In this document: positions 62,881 through 64,000 of the stretch, in pieces
Layout: every line of letters begins with the position of its first letter
Position numbering within the stretch: the stretch's first letter is position 1
NCBI RefSeq assembly: GCF_009914755.1
Contig: NC_060933.1
Length of the DNA: 64,000 bases
DNA from: the human T2T-CHM13v2.0 reference genome, Homo sapiens
Reading direction: 5' to 3' (one strand)
Notes under the pieces: generated by a model
Databases searched by the model: none
What the model was told of the DNA's origin: nothing
What the model saw: only the letters and a program-made list of their open reading frames with translations
Made by a program: the position numbers and the translations under genes

Positions 62881-63303
62881 GAGGCTGAGCAGTCAGTTTG
62901 CTATTATTACCATATGGCTTCTTCAGCCTCCTGGATAGGTTGAGGACCAGATATAGAATGCCCATGAGCCTTTGAAACCAAGTTTTTAGTGGATATTAAA
63001 CTCATTCCATTTAACCCAACTCGCTTTTTATCTCATCTATTATTGCTCTAATGATTTTGCCTCTTGAATACCCCATTACTATTCAGAAAGGAAAAGATTG
63101 TACTGTTTCATTGTTTTTTCTCTCATAATCCAAACTATAGTATTTGCACTTGACTTTTGGTTTCCCTCAAATGTACCTTCCCATCATCTCATGTATGCCT
63201 TGGTGTTATTTTTTAAGTTATTGCTATCTTTTTGTTGGTAAGTTATTTAAAGATATTGCTATCTTTTATTTTTAAATTTAGGTAAAGTTATTACTTCATC
63301 TGA

Positions 63304-63609
<306 letters not shown>

Positions 63610-63689
63610 TAACTAGTAGTTTTAATTTTTGAGAAGCCCCCTGTACCCTTCTAAGAAGAAAAGGCAAAAAATCCAATTACTTTGAAAAG

Positions 63690-64000
63690 AAATTTGTAAT
63701 TGATACATAATATTGTACATATTTATGTGGTACAATGTGGTGTTTCAGTGCATGTATACATAGTATAATGGTCAAATCGGAGTAATTATCATGTCCATCA
63801 CTTTAAGCATTTGTCATTTCTTTGTGGTGACAACATTCAAAATCTTCTCTTAAAGTTATCTTGAAATATATACTACATTGTTACTTGCTGTAGTCACCCT
63901 ACTGTATAGTGGAACCCAGAACTTACTCTTCCAGTCTAACTGTAACTGTGTACCCACTGACCAACCTTTCCTGTCCTTCCTCCCCATGCTGGCATATTAT
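63690..64000 (-). mobile_element. L1MA/MB 3' end, running off the window
   Basis: tgatacataatattgtacatatttatg...tttgtggtgacaacattcaaaatc. Confidence 0.85.

Overview
Primate (human-like) genomic DNA, not microbial. The window lies inside the AOPEP (C9orf3, aminopeptidase O, M1 metallopeptidase) gene on the + strand. Only two coding exons are present (12105-12258 and 20098-20343, both with canonical AG/GT borders and compatible phase); the rest is intron. The intron contains the MIR2278 hairpin (29303-29398), about 35 Alu elements, several L1, L2, MIR and CR1 remnants, a solo ERV1-type LTR and a decayed antisense class I ERV (gag-pro-RT recognisable, about 33200-37200). Nearly all other ORFs in the track are Alu, L1 or chance ORFs. 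I found no convincing new multi-gene system. The most unusual unexplained structures are a near-perfect 29-bp-arm hairpin at 10179-10247, two short dispersed direct repeats that look like templated insertions, two twin-primed L1 insertions, and several nested or stacked Alu insertions. Gene, miRNA and repeat-family names come from recognition by eye, not from database searches. Repeat boundaries and subfamilies are approximate.
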